64,000 nucleotides of DNA from Luteimonas sp. (GTDB lineage Bacteria > Pseudomonadota > Gammaproteobacteria > Xanthomonadales > Xanthomonadaceae), in NCBI GenBank assembly GCA_052108555.1, contig JBQEAV010000009.1:3628-67627 (forward strand). Reading direction: 5' to 3'. Position 1 is the first letter of the stretch. The number at the start of each line of letters is the position of its first letter. Both the position numbers and the translations under genes were made by a program. Of this stretch, positions 20,785 through 30,511 are shown in pieces. Below the pieces are notes generated by a model, which was given only the letters and a program-made list of their open reading frames with translations, was not told the origin of the DNA and did no database searches.

Positions 20785-20822
20785 GCCCCCACCCAACCCT
20801 CCCCCGCTTGCGGGGGAGGGCT
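20785..20822 (+). repeat. Hairpin+tail repeat, copy C
   Basis: GCCCCCACCCAACCCTCCCCCGCTTGCGGGGGAGGGCT. Confidence 0.9.
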
Positions 20823-20881
20823 CAAGCAGCTTCGATGATCCGCGCTTCGATTCCTGAGAGATCGAGCGCTCAACGATCACA

Positions 20882-22063
20882 TCAAGCGTAAAACGTCGCC
20901 GGCGCATCCGCTTCGACGATCGCATGCGGCACGAAGCGTGCGCTGTCGCGGGTGATCGGCGAATCGTCTTCGCGGATGCCGATGCCGCACGCGTGATCGC
21001 CGACGATCCAGCTGCCGACCATCGGGTAATGACCGTTGAACGCGGGCAGCGGGTGCGCGGCCTGGCGGATGCTCGGGCCGGCGTAGGGGCCATCGCTGTG
21101 CAGGCGCTGGCCATCGGCGAGGTGCAGTTCGATGTTCGCGCCTTCGCGCGAGTGCAGCGGTTTGCGCACCCAGCCGGCGGGCAGGTCGCCGCCGGTGTCG
21201 AATTCGGCCGCGAGCAGATTCGGATGCCCGCGATGCCGCTCCCACAGCAGCGGTAGCAGGCCCTTGTTGCTGAGCACGGCTTTCCACGGCGGCTCGATCA
21301 GGCGCAGGCCGGATTCAGGCAGCGCGCGGCCGAAGTCGTCGTTGAACAGGTCTTCGAGCGGATACAGCTTGAACAGTGAGCCGATCACCGTGTCGTCGAG
21401 ATCGGTGTAGCGGCCGTCTTCGGACAGGCCGATGTCTTCCAGCGCGATCGTCGCGCCGTGTAGCCCGGCCTGCGAAGCGCAATCGCGCAGGTAGGCGATC
21501 GTGCCCTGGTCTTCTTCCGATTCGCGCACGGCGGCGAACAGCAGCGGCGGCGGCAGGCTCGATGCGAGTTCTGCGAAGCGGTCGACCAGCGCTTCGTGGA
21601 TCGAATTGAACTGGTCGGCGTCACGCGGCAGGCGGCCGCTGGCGCGCTGGTCCTCGAGCCATTGCCACTGGAAGAACGCGGCCTCGAACAGCGAGGTCGG
21701 CGTGTCGTAATTGAGCTCGTAGAGCTTGGCCGGACCATTCCCGTCGTAGGCGAAATCCAGGCGGCCGTAGAGATGCGGTTCTCGGCGACGCCAGCTCTCG
21801 GCGATCCAGTCGCGGAAGGCCTCCGGAATCGCGAGGCGCTGCATCAGCGCATCGCTCTCGACGATCTCGTCGACCAGGCCCATCGCCATCTGGTGCAGTT
21901 CGAGGCTCGGGTCTTCGAGGTCGTGCTCGATCTGCGCCATCGAAAACGCGTAGTACGCGCGTTCGTCCCAGTAGCGGGCGCCGTCGATGGTGTGGAACCG
22001 GAAGCCGCATTCGGCGGCCTGCGCCTGCCAGTCGCCGCGCTCGACGATTGCGACGCGCCGCAC
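20882..22063 (-). CDS. Glutathionylspermidine synthase-family protein (YgiC-like)
   Basis: YGRLDF, ELNYDTPTSL, EPPWKAVLSNK, KPLHSREGAN; GTG start. Confidence 0.92.
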   Translation of the reverse strand: MRRVAIVERGDWQAQAAECGFRFHTIDGARYWDERAYYAFSMAQIEHDLEDPSLELHQMAMGLVDEIVESDALMQRLAIPEAFRDWIAESWRRREPHLYGRLDFAYDGNGPAKLYELNYDTPTSLFEAAFFQWQWLEDQRASGRLPRDADQFNSIHEALVDRFAELASSLPPPLLFAAVRESEEDQGTIAYLRDCASQAGLHGATIALEDIGLSEDGRYTDLDDTVIGSLFKLYPLEDLFNDDFGRALPESGLRLIEPPWKAVLSNKGLLPLLWERHRGHPNLLAAEFDTGGDLPAGWVRKPLHSREGANIELHLADGQRLHSDGPYAGPSIRQAAHPLPAFNGHYPMVGSWIVGDHACGIGIREDDSPITRDSARFVPHAIVEADAPATFYA

Positions 22064-22064
22064 C

Positions 22065-22622
22065 TCAGCCGCCGGTGCTGCGACCGTTGGCCGAACGGCC
22101 GAAGCCGCCGCGATTCGCGGTGACCGCGCGATCCGGCGTCGCCGACACCGGCGCCATGCCGGCGCGACCGGCGCCCGGTGCGCCGTTCGGGCGCAGCCAG
22201 CCCTGGCGGTTGTCGCGGAACGCGGGCGAGGCCTGCGGCGTCTGCTGGGCAAGTCCGCCGCGGTTGTTCAACATCGACGACAGGAAAAACCCGGCCATCA
22301 GCGGACCGATGAAGGAATGACCGGTCGAGGTCTTCTGCTCGACGCATTCCTCGGCCGGGAACTCGGCCTCGCAGGCGGCGCGGCTGCTGTACTGCGGCGC
22401 GGTGTCGGCGGCCTGCAACCTGGCCTGTTCGAAGGCGATGCGGCAGGTGGCGGTGTCACCGACTGCCTGCGCGCAGGTTTCGACCGAGGTGTAGAGGCCG
22501 TCCTGCACTTCGACCGGTGCGGTGCGCTGGCAGGCACTGAACAGCAACGGCGCGGTGCCCATCAACAGCAGGGCCGTCGTCTTCGAACGCTTGATGCGTC
22601 GCGTGCCAGTGGCGTCCGTCAT
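22065..22622 (-). CDS. DUF1190 (YgiB-like) lipoprotein
   Basis: LFSAC lipobox; APQY.SRAACEAEF; F.GPLMAGF; RGGFG tail. Confidence 0.88.
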   Translation of the reverse strand: MTDATGTRRIKRSKTTALLLMGTAPLLFSACQRTAPVEVQDGLYTSVETCAQAVGDTATCRIAFEQARLQAADTAPQYSSRAACEAEFPAEECVEQKTSTGHSFIGPLMAGFFLSSMLNNRGGLAQQTPQASPAFRDNRQGWLRPNGAPGAGRAGMAPVSATPDRAVTANRGGFGRSANGRSTGG

Positions 22623-22724
22623 GTCCTGCTCCGTGTGTTGCGTGTGTCCGGCCGGACATGATGCCCGTCGCGGGTCGCGCGGCAAAGCGCGACGCCTACA
22701 CTGGCGTTCAGTCCCGCCGCCGGA

Positions 22725-24134
22725 ATGCCGATGCGTCTCACCCTGTTGCTGCCGTTGTTGCTCATCACCACGTCCGCTGCCGCGCAGTCGACGGCCGAAC
22801 GCGAACGCGCGACCCATGCACGCGCGATCGCCGCCGGCTACAAGGCGCTGACGCTGTGCAGCGTGCAGTTCAATGCCGGTCGCACGCCGGCGCAGGCGCA
22901 GGCACTGGAGTTCATCGGTATCTATCCCGACTACCAGGACGACGTGCTGGCGCTGGACGCGGTGGTCGATGCCGACGCGCGCACGGTCTCGGTCGCGTTC
23001 GACGACGCATTGCCGCCACGGATCGCCGCATGGCGACCGAACCTCGGCTGCGCGCAATTGCCGATCGGCGTGGATGCCGATGCAATCGCAGCCTTGCCGC
23101 GCTTCGATGTCGCGACGCCGGATCTCGATGATCGGCCCTGGCCACGGGGCGAACGCGACGCGAGTGCAACGCCACGCGGCGATGCGGCCGCGCTCGAGTC
23201 CGCTGTCGCCGCCGCGTTCGACACGCCGGACTACGGCGAAGGCCATACGACGACCGGCGTGCTGGTGCTGCAGGACGGGCGCATCGTCGCCGAGCGCTAT
23301 CGCGACGGTTTCGGCCCGCACACCTCGCAGCGCACCTGGTCGGTGGCCAAGAGCCTGGCCGGCGCGCTGGTCGGCGTGGCGCAGGCGGCCGGCGAACTCG
23401 ACGCCGCAAAACCGGCGCCGGTGCCCGAATGGCAGGCGCCGGGCGATCCGCGCGCCGCGATCACCGTCGACCAGCTGCTGCGCATGCGCAGCGGCCTGCA
23501 CAGCGACGCCGCCGGCAACCGCACCGACGCGCTGTACTTCGGCGGTGTCACCGTGGCGGAGTCCGCGACCGGCTGGCCGCTGGCGCATCCACCGGGCACG
23601 CAGTTCCGCTACGCCAACAACGACAGCGTGCTGGCCGTGCACGCGCTGCGTGCGGCGACCGGCGACGAGGCCCGCGCGCTGTCGCGACCGTTCACCGACC
23701 TGTTCTGGCCGCTGGGCATGACCCGCACCGTGGCCGAGACCGACTGGCGCGGCGGCTTCGTGCTGTCGAGCCAGGTCTGGTCGACCGCGCGTGATCTCGC
23801 CCGCTTCGGCCTGCTGCTGCAGCAGGGCGGCGTGTTCGAAGGCCGCCGCCTGCTGCCGGACGGTTGGGTGCGCGCGGCAACCACGCCATCCGGCCCGCAG
23901 CCCGAAGGCGATCTCGGTTACGGCGCGACCTTGTGGTTGATGCAGCGCGCGCCCGGCGTGCCTGCCGATACGTTCGCCGCGATGGGCAACCGCGGGCAGT
24001 ACGTGATCGTGGTGCCCTCGCGCGGCGTGGTGCTCGTGCGCCGTGGCGAGGATGCGACCGGCAAGCGCTTCGACCCCGCCGCGTTCACGGCCGCGGTGCT
24101 GGCCAGCCTCGACGACAGGGCGGCGTCGCGCTGA
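22725..24134 (+). CDS. Secreted serine hydrolase (class C beta-lactamase family)
   Basis: SVAK (SxxK), YAN, signal peptide. Confidence 0.88.
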   Translation: MPMRLTLLLPLLLITTSAAAQSTAERERATHARAIAAGYKALTLCSVQFNAGRTPAQAQALEFIGIYPDYQDDVLALDAVVDADARTVSVAFDDALPPRIAAWRPNLGCAQLPIGVDADAIAALPRFDVATPDLDDRPWPRGERDASATPRGDAAALESAVAAAFDTPDYGEGHTTTGVLVLQDGRIVAERYRDGFGPHTSQRTWSVAKSLAGALVGVAQAAGELDAAKPAPVPEWQAPGDPRAAITVDQLLRMRSGLHSDAAGNRTDALYFGGVTVAESATGWPLAHPPGTQFRYANNDSVLAVHALRAATGDEARALSRPFTDLFWPLGMTRTVAETDWRGGFVLSSQVWSTARDLARFGLLLQQGGVFEGRRLLPDGWVRAATTPSGPQPEGDLGYGATLWLMQRAPGVPADTFAAMGNRGQYVIVVPSRGVVLVRRGEDATGKRFDPAAFTAAVLASLDDRAASR

Positions 24135-24262
24135 ATCGCAGCTGTTCCGGGGTCGAGACAACAAGCGCCTTTCACTGGCATCAGACAGCGGCGTCCCTAG
24201 CGTTGCCGATGTCGCGCACCCTCACACACGCCTTGTCGGCGCTGGTGCGCCCAGTGGACCCC

Positions 24263-24634
24263 ATGACCAACGATCTGCACAACAGCACCCCGCCACCGGC
24301 AAACCGCACACCGGCCGAAGCCGCAGCGGAGGGCGAGGAGGCGCTCGAGGCCGAGTTCAAGGCCGGCCTTCCCCAGGCGTCCTACTACTCGGCCGGCCGG
24401 CACTGGAACGACTATGCACCGGCCTACCGGTTCGGCCGCGACAGCCGCCAGCGTCATGCCGGCACCCGCTTCGACGAGGTCGCGCGCCAACTCGAGAAGG
24501 AATGGAGCGGCGCGCGTGACACCTCGCGCCTGGGCTGGATCGAGGCGCGCGGCGCGGTCGAGGATGCCTGGTCCCGCACACCCGATGGCGGCGTCGAAGT
24601 CGCCCTGGACTCACCCGGCCCCAAGGTCGGCTGA
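24263..24634 (+). CDS. Hypothetical protein
   Basis: [11 protein letters not shown]...SRLGW.EAR.AV.DAW pattern; normal codon use. Confidence 0.7.
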   Translation: MTNDLHNSTPPPANRTPAEAAAEGEEALEAEFKAGLPQASYYSAGRHWNDYAPAYRFGRDSRQRHAGTRFDEVARQLEKEWSGARDTSRLGWIEARGAVEDAWSRTPDGGVEVALDSPGPKVG

Positions 24635-24699
24635 GCGTCCACCACCGATGCGGTGAATACGACGCGGTACCATGGCGCTCTTTGCCGCGGTGCCTGCCC

Positions 24700-25311
24700 A
24701 TGACCCGTTCTTCTGATTCCGACGCCCGCCACGGCGTCAGCCGCGACGACGCCGAATCGGCGGTCCGTACCCTGCTGCGCTGGGCCGGCGAGGATCCCGC
24801 GCGCGAAGGCCTGCTCGACACCCCGCGCCGCGTGGCCGATGCCTACACCGAGTGGTTCAGCGGTTATGCGACGGACGCTGACGCATATCTCGCGCGGACG
24901 TTCGAGGAAGTGGCCGGCTACGACGAGATGATCGTGCTGCGCGACATCGAGTACGAAAGCCATTGCGAGCACCACATGGCGCCGATCATCGGCAAGGTCC
25001 ACGTGGGCTATCTGCCGGCCGGCAAGGTCGTGGGCATCAGCAAGCTGGCGCGCGTGGTCGAGGCCTATGCCAAGCGTTTCCAGGTGCAGGAAAAGATGAC
25101 CGCGCAGATCGCCGGCTGCATCCAGCGCGCGCTGGCGCCGCTGGGCGTGGGCGTTGTCGTCGAAGGCGCGCACGAGTGCATGACCACCCGCGGCGTGCAC
25201 AAGCGCGGCGTGAGCATGATCACCTCGACGATGCTCGGCAGCTTCCGCGAAGACGCCCGCACCCGCGCCGAGTTCCTGCGCTTCATCGAAGTGGGCGGCA
25301 GCCGCCGCTGA
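24700..25311 (+). CDS. folE: GTP cyclohydrolase I
   Basis: [37 protein letters not shown]. Confidence 0.95.
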   Translation: MTRSSDSDARHGVSRDDAESAVRTLLRWAGEDPAREGLLDTPRRVADAYTEWFSGYATDADAYLARTFEEVAGYDEMIVLRDIEYESHCEHHMAPIIGKVHVGYLPAGKVVGISKLARVVEAYAKRFQVQEKMTAQIAGCIQRALAPLGVGVVVEGAHECMTTRGVHKRGVSMITSTMLGSFREDARTRAEFLRFIEVGGSRR

Positions 25312-25330
25312 GGTGTGTCTCCACTGGCGC

Positions 25331-26122
25331 TCAGGCGCCAGCGAAGGTGTCCCAGCCCATCTTCGCGATCAGCACGACCACCAGGGTCACGAACAGCTTG
25401 CGGATCACCGGCGTGCCGCCACGCAGCGCGAGCCGGGTGCCCGCGAATGCGCCGGCGACGTTCGCCACCGCCATCGGTACTGCGAATGCCAGCAACACGT
25501 GGCCCGAGGGCACGAAGAACGACAGCGCGGCCAGATTGGTCGCGATGTTGACGATTTTCGACGCAGCGGTGGCGCGCAGGAAGTCGAGTCCGAAGAAGCG
25601 GATGAACAGAAAGATCAGAAAGCTGCCGGTGCCGGGGCCGAACAGGCCGTCGTAGAAGCCGATTCCCGCGCCCATCAGCAGCGCCAGGCCGAGTTCACGA
25701 CGACCGACATCCCGCGGCCGGTGCAGCGCGCCGAAATCCTTCTTGACCAGCGTATAGGCCAGCATCGCGATCAGCAGCGCGAGGATCAGTGGCCGCACCG
25801 CGTCGCGCGGCAGCAGCGTCACCGTCGTGGCACCGAGAAACGAGAACACGAAGGCGGTCGCCGCGGCGAACAGCACCGGCGCCCACGGAAAGCGCACGTT
25901 GCGCGCATAGCGCCAGCCGGCGGCGGCGGTGCCGAAGAACGAACTGAACTTGTTGGTGCCCAGCAGCGCCGCGGGCGTGTGCTGCGGCAACGCGGTGAAC
26001 AGGCCCGGCAACTGCACCAGGCCACCCCCGCCGACCGCGGCATCGACCAGCCCGGCCATGAAGGCGACGCAGACCAGCCAGATCAGTTCGGGAAACAACG
26101 CGTCCACGCGAGCGGCCGACAT
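25331..26122 (-). CDS. TSUP (TauE/SafE) family transporter
   Basis: DAAVGGGGL, LGTNK, YDGLFGPGTGSF. Confidence 0.9.
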   Translation of the reverse strand: MSAARVDALFPELIWLVCVAFMAGLVDAAVGGGGLVQLPGLFTALPQHTPAALLGTNKFSSFFGTAAAGWRYARNVRFPWAPVLFAAATAFVFSFLGATTVTLLPRDAVRPLILALLIAMLAYTLVKKDFGALHRPRDVGRRELGLALLMGAGIGFYDGLFGPGTGSFLIFLFIRFFGLDFLRATAASKIVNIATNLAALSFFVPSGHVLLAFAVPMAVANVAGAFAGTRLALRGGTPVIRKLFVTLVVVLIAKMGWDTFAGA

Positions 26123-26170
26123 CGGGGGGCGCAAAGCATACGGCGTAAGCGGCGATTGCCGCTGCCCTGA

Positions 26171-26327
26171 AGTCCTCCCCCGTGTACGGGGGAGGGTTGG
26201 GTGGGGGCGAACCGTCAGCGGTGGGAACGACCGGGTTCGTGCGACGGCTTTCGTCGCGCTCGAGCAGCTTGAAGCAATCGGAGCGTTTGCCCCCTCCCAA
26301 CCCTCCCCCGCGTCGCGGAGGCGGGCT
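26171..26327. mobile_element. Gene-less inverted pair (copies D and E) of the DUF559-flanking repeat; MITE/REPIN-like
   Basis: AGTCCTCCCCCGTGTACGGGGGAGGGTTGGGTGGGGGCGAA, a spacer of about 75 bp, then TTTGCCCCCTCCCAACCCTCCCCCGCGTCGCGGAGGCGGGCT. Confidence 0.7.
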
Positions 26328-26437
26328 TCGATCGCCTGGGCCCCGTCCATCGTGGAACACATGGCAGGGCTTGAACCCCGGGGCCGGCCACCCCGCTCGC
26401 GTACAATGGCAGGCCGTTTGTCCGCGATCGAAATTCC

Positions 26438-28138
26438 GTGAAATCCCAGCTCCGCGCCCTGATCGATCCGCTCGTCGAGCAGGCCATCGCCGCCCTCCGC
26501 GAGGCCGGCACCCTGCCCGCCGACTTCGCCACGCCCGCCTTCGTCGTCGAACGCCCGAAGGACCGCAGCCACGGCGATGCGTCGACGAACGCGGCGATGC
26601 TGCTGGCCAAACCGGCGAAGTCGAACCCGCGCGCCATCGCGCAGGCGCTGGTCGATGCGCTGCCGGTCAACGATTCGATCGCCTCGGTCGAGATCGCCGG
26701 CCCGGGCTTCCTCAATTTCCGCCTGACCGCGAATGCGTGGCGCGACCAGCTGGTCGCCGTGCACACGCAAGGCGATGCATTCGGCCGCAATGACAGCGGT
26801 GCCTCGCAGACCGCGGGCGTGGAATACGTGTCGGCCAACCCCACCGGCCCGCTGCATGTCGGCCACGGCCGCGCGGCGGTGATCGGCGACTGCATCGCGC
26901 GCGTGCTCGATGCCAACGGCTGGCACGTCAAGCGCGAGTTCTATTACAACGACGCCGGCGTGCAGATCGAGAATCTCGCCCGCTCGACCCGCGCGCGCGC
27001 CAAGGGCTTCAAGCCCGGCGACGCCGAATGGCCAGCCGACGCCTATAACGGCGACTACATCGGCGATGTCGCACGTGCGTACCTCGATGGCGAGACGGTC
27101 GAAGTGGACGGTGTCAGCGTTGCGGGCGTCGATGACGCCGACGATCTCGATGCGATCCGCCGCTTCGCCGTGGCCTGGCTGCGCCGTGAGCAGAACGAAG
27201 ATCTCGCCGCGTTCGGCGTCGGCTTCGACGTGTATTTCCTCGAATCGTCGCTGTATGCCGACGGCAAGGTGGAGGAGACCGTGCGCGAGCTCGTCGCCCA
27301 CGGCCACACCTACGAGGAAGGCGGTGCGCTGTGGCTGCGCAGCACCGACTACGGCGACGACAAGGACCGCGTGATGCGCAAGTCCGACGGCACCTACACG
27401 TACTTCGTACCGGACGTGGCTTATCACCTGTCGAAGTGGCAGCGCGGCTATACGCGGGCGATCACCGAACTCGGCGCCGACCACCACGGATCGCTGGCGC
27501 GCGTGCGCGCCGGGCTGCAGGCACTGGATGCCGGCATTCCGCAGGGCTGGCCGGAATACGTGCTGCACCAGATGGTCACGGTGATGCGCGGCGGCGAGGA
27601 AGTGAAGCTCAGCAAGCGCGCCGGCAGCTATCTGACGCTGCGCGATCTGATCGACGAGGCCGGCCGCGATGCGACGCGCTGGTTCCTGGTCGCGCGCAAG
27701 CCCGATTCGCAGCTGGTGTTCGACATCGACCTGGCACGCAGCCAGTCGCTCGACAACCCGGTCTACTACGTGCAGCTCTCGCACGCGCGCATCTGCGGCC
27801 TGCTGCGCAAGCTCGGCGACGCGGGTCTCGCGTTCGACCTGCAGAACGGGCTGGCGCAGTTGCCGGACATGGCGGACGTCGCGTTGCGGGACGTGCTGAT
27901 CGACCTGTCGCGCTGGCCGGAAATCGTGGCCGCCGCGGGCGCGCAGCTTGAACCCCACCTGATCGCGACCTACCTGCTGGAGCTGGCACAGGGCTTCCAG
28001 ACGTACTACAACGATCACCAGTTTCTGGTCGACGACGCCGACGTGCGCGATGCACGTCTGGCGCTGGCCACTGCAGTGCGACAGGTACTGCGCAACGGCC
28101 TCACGCTGCTCGGCGTGCAGGCCCCGGAGGCGATGTAA
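26438..28138 (+). CDS. argS: Arginine--tRNA ligase
   Basis: [29 protein letters not shown]-like C-terminus. Confidence 0.96.
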   Translation: MKSQLRALIDPLVEQAIAALREAGTLPADFATPAFVVERPKDRSHGDASTNAAMLLAKPAKSNPRAIAQALVDALPVNDSIASVEIAGPGFLNFRLTANAWRDQLVAVHTQGDAFGRNDSGASQTAGVEYVSANPTGPLHVGHGRAAVIGDCIARVLDANGWHVKREFYYNDAGVQIENLARSTRARAKGFKPGDAEWPADAYNGDYIGDVARAYLDGETVEVDGVSVAGVDDADDLDAIRRFAVAWLRREQNEDLAAFGVGFDVYFLESSLYADGKVEETVRELVAHGHTYEEGGALWLRSTDYGDDKDRVMRKSDGTYTYFVPDVAYHLSKWQRGYTRAITELGADHHGSLARVRAGLQALDAGIPQGWPEYVLHQMVTVMRGGEEVKLSKRAGSYLTLRDLIDEAGRDATRWFLVARKPDSQLVFDIDLARSQSLDNPVYYVQLSHARICGLLRKLGDAGLAFDLQNGLAQLPDMADVALRDVLIDLSRWPEIVAAAGAQLEPHLIATYLLELAQGFQTYYNDHQFLVDDADVRDARLALATAVRQVLRNGLTLLGVQAPEAM

Positions 28139-28923
28139 TGGCGGCAAGACGCGGCAAGACCCAGGCCCGACGCAACGGCGGCAGCTCCGGCGGACTGCCG
28201 GGCTGGGCATGGATGATCATCGGTGTGGTGCTCGCACTCGGCATCGTGCTGGCGGTGCCGCGCCTGCTCAAGCCCGATGCCCAGGACGGCTTCTTCCGTC
28301 CGAGCCCGAATCCCGATGCGCAACCGGCGGCCAGCACCACGGACGCGGACGCGGAACCCGAACTGCCGACCCCGGCCGGTCAGCGTCCGCGTGCCGCGGC
28401 GGACCAGCAGGGCGCCTCGACCGACTACGATTTCTACACGATGCTGCCCGAGCAGGAAGTCCCGATGACGGACGCCGAACTCGCCGCCAGCACGCGCGCC
28501 GAAGCCGAGCGCCAGCGTCGCGCCGAAGCGCAGCAGCAGGCCCTGCAGGCCCGGCATCCCGACGCCGCCGACATGGCCGGCGGCACGACGGCCGGCCCGC
28601 AACCGCTTCCGGAACAGCGCCCGACGCCCGCACAACAGGCGACCACCGCGCCGGCCACCGCCGCCCGCGCCGCGCCTGCCGCAGCCGGCGATGCCCGCTA
28701 CATCCTGCAGGCCGGCTCGTTCAGCACCTCCGGCGACGCCGAAGCCCTGAAGGCCCGCATCGCCCTGCTCGGCCTGACCGCACGCGTGGAATCTGGCGAA
28801 GCCGCCGGCCGCACCGTCTACCGCGTCCGCATGGGCCCCTACGGCACCGCGACCGATCTGGCGGAGGCCAAGCAGAAGCTCGGGAATGGCGGTCTGCCGG
28901 CGCTGGCGATCAAGGCGCAGTAA
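28138..28923 (+). CDS. SPOR-domain cell-division protein (FtsN-like)
   Basis: TM helix, YDFYTMLP motif, C-terminal LQAGSF...YRVRMGPY; follows argS. Confidence 0.9.
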   Translation: MAARRGKTQARRNGGSSGGLPGWAWMIIGVVLALGIVLAVPRLLKPDAQDGFFRPSPNPDAQPAASTTDADAEPELPTPAGQRPRAAADQQGASTDYDFYTMLPEQEVPMTDAELAASTRAEAERQRRAEAQQQALQARHPDAADMAGGTTAGPQPLPEQRPTPAQQATTAPATAARAAPAAAGDARYILQAGSFSTSGDAEALKARIALLGLTARVESGEAAGRTVYRVRMGPYGTATDLAEAKQKLGNGGLPALAIKAQ

Positions 28924-28957
28924 GCCAAGCGGCTTCGCCGATGGCGGAGTGATTGAA

Positions 28958-29358
28958 CACCTCTCCCTCCGGGAGAGGTCGACGCGCAACGCGCGTCGGG
29001 TGAGGGCAGATCTCCGGTGCTTGCGTTCGGCACCCGGCGGACGTTTGCCCTCACCCCAACCCCCGCTCCGCGCCCCCGCCCTCGCGCTGACGCGAGGGCG
29101 TTCGTCCGCACGCGAGCCCATGGCTCGCAGACGTGCAGCCTCACCCGAAGGGAGAGGGGCTAGAAGCTGCCATCGCCCAGACAGAGTGAGCACCTCTCCC
29201 TTTGGGAGAGGTCGACGCGCAACGCGCGTCGGGTGAGGGCTGACTTTCATGCCGTCAGGTCGTCGCCTGTCGCATGGCGATTGGGGCGGCGCCTCTCCCC
29301 ACACCACCGCGAGCGTCCGATCCCTCACCCCAACCCCTCTCCCAAGGGGAGAGGGGCT
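28958..29358. repeat. Composite array of four boxC-like palindromic units forming two inward-facing pairs
   Basis: 50-bp direct repeats at 28958-29007 and 29191-29240 differing at 2 loop bases; CCCTCACCCCAACCCC...GGGAGAGGGGCT units at 29047-29161 and 29322-29358. Confidence 0.88.
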
Positions 29359-29490
29359 TATTAAGCGGACCACCTGCATCGCAGAACGTTGCCCAAGCCC
29401 GGAGGCCCATTCCGTGCCCCCCGTCCCAACCGGATCGCAGCCCACGCGATCCGCCTGCGGACAATGGAGGCTCAAGGGAGGAAGGGCGCC

Positions 29491-29862
29491 ATGACCATCG
29501 AAGCGGCACTGATCAAACCCGTCGTCGACGTGTTGCTGGCGCTGTTCCAGCAGGGCAGCGACCTGAAGCTGAAGCACAACGCGCAGGCGTCGGTGCGCGA
29601 GGCGATCCGCGAATTGCTGCAGGCCAATCCGGACGAGAACCGGGCGGCGGCGCGGATCGCGATCGCGCGCGCGGCGGGGATCCTGTCCGAGGACGTGGTG
29701 CTGGCCGAAGACATGCTGCAGAAACACCGGGCGACGAAGGCGCGCACCCGCGGCAAATCCACGACCGGTCGGCGACGCGCACCGAGCGAACCGGTCGAAA
29801 CCGAAACGCCGGCGCGCAAACCGCCGGCGAAACCCGGTCCCGGCACTCCGACATCACATTGA
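29491..29862 (+). CDS. Hypothetical protein with basic low-complexity tail
   Basis: GGAGG-type SD; helical N-terminus; typical codon use. Confidence 0.6.
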   Translation: MTIEAALIKPVVDVLLALFQQGSDLKLKHNAQASVREAIRELLQANPDENRAAARIAIARAAGILSEDVVLAEDMLQKHRATKARTRGKSTTGRRRAPSEPVETETPARKPPAKPGPGTPTSH

Positions 29863-29895
29863 ACCTGCAAGGCTCGGCGCTCCCTTCTCCGGAGC

Positions 29896-30465
29896 GTGGC
29901 CATGGCCGGCGTCCTCGTGTTCGCGGCGATGAGTCTGTTGTGGTGCTGCAGCGAACTGTGGATCGGACTGCGCCATCGCGCGTCCGATCGCAGTCGCGAT
30001 GCCGGCACGCTGGCACGGCTGGTGCTGGTGATCGGCGGCTGCGTGACCGTGGCACTGGTCGTGTCGATCTGGCCGCCGGGACGCTTCCCGCCGGCCTGGC
30101 AACCCGCGCTGCTGTGGAGCGGTTGCATGCTGATGCTTGTCGGCATGCTGCTGCGCTGGTGGGCGATCCGCGTGCTCGCCGAACATTTCACTGTCGATGT
30201 CGCCATCGCTGCCGACCACACGCTGATCCGCCGCGGTCCGTACCGGCGGCTGCGCCACCCTTCGTACACCGGGCTGCTGATCACCTTCGTGGGTTTCCTG
30301 TGCGTGCTCGGCAGCTGGCTGGCGCCGCTGGTCGTCGCCGCGCCGTTATGGTTCGCACTGCGCGGGCGCATCCGTATCGAGGAAGCCGCGCTGACGGCGG
30401 CGTTCCCGGTCGACTATCCCGACTACGCACGCACGACGCGACGCCTGCTGCCCGGCATCTGGTGA
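29896..30465 (+). CDS. Isoprenylcysteine carboxylmethyltransferase-family membrane protein
   Basis: GPYRRLRHPSYTG, RIRIEEAAL, YARTTRRLLP. Confidence 0.88.
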   Translation: MAMAGVLVFAAMSLLWCCSELWIGLRHRASDRSRDAGTLARLVLVIGGCVTVALVVSIWPPGRFPPAWQPALLWSGCMLMLVGMLLRWWAIRVLAEHFTVDVAIAADHTLIRRGPYRRLRHPSYTGLLITFVGFLCVLGSWLAPLVVAAPLWFALRGRIRIEEAALTAAFPVDYPDYARTTRRLLPGIW

Positions 30466-30511
30466 CCGGCCAGCGGGTAAGCTGTACCACCCCGCACGTT
30501 GCCGAACCCGC

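Noticed and set aside
25331-28210. 959-aa ORF on the - strand
   Set aside because: Only the last 263 aa (TSUP) are real; the rest is antisense to argS and runs through repeats.
28958-29358. Possible CRISPR array
   Set aside because: Units alternate in orientation, are not regularly spaced, and no cas genes are present.
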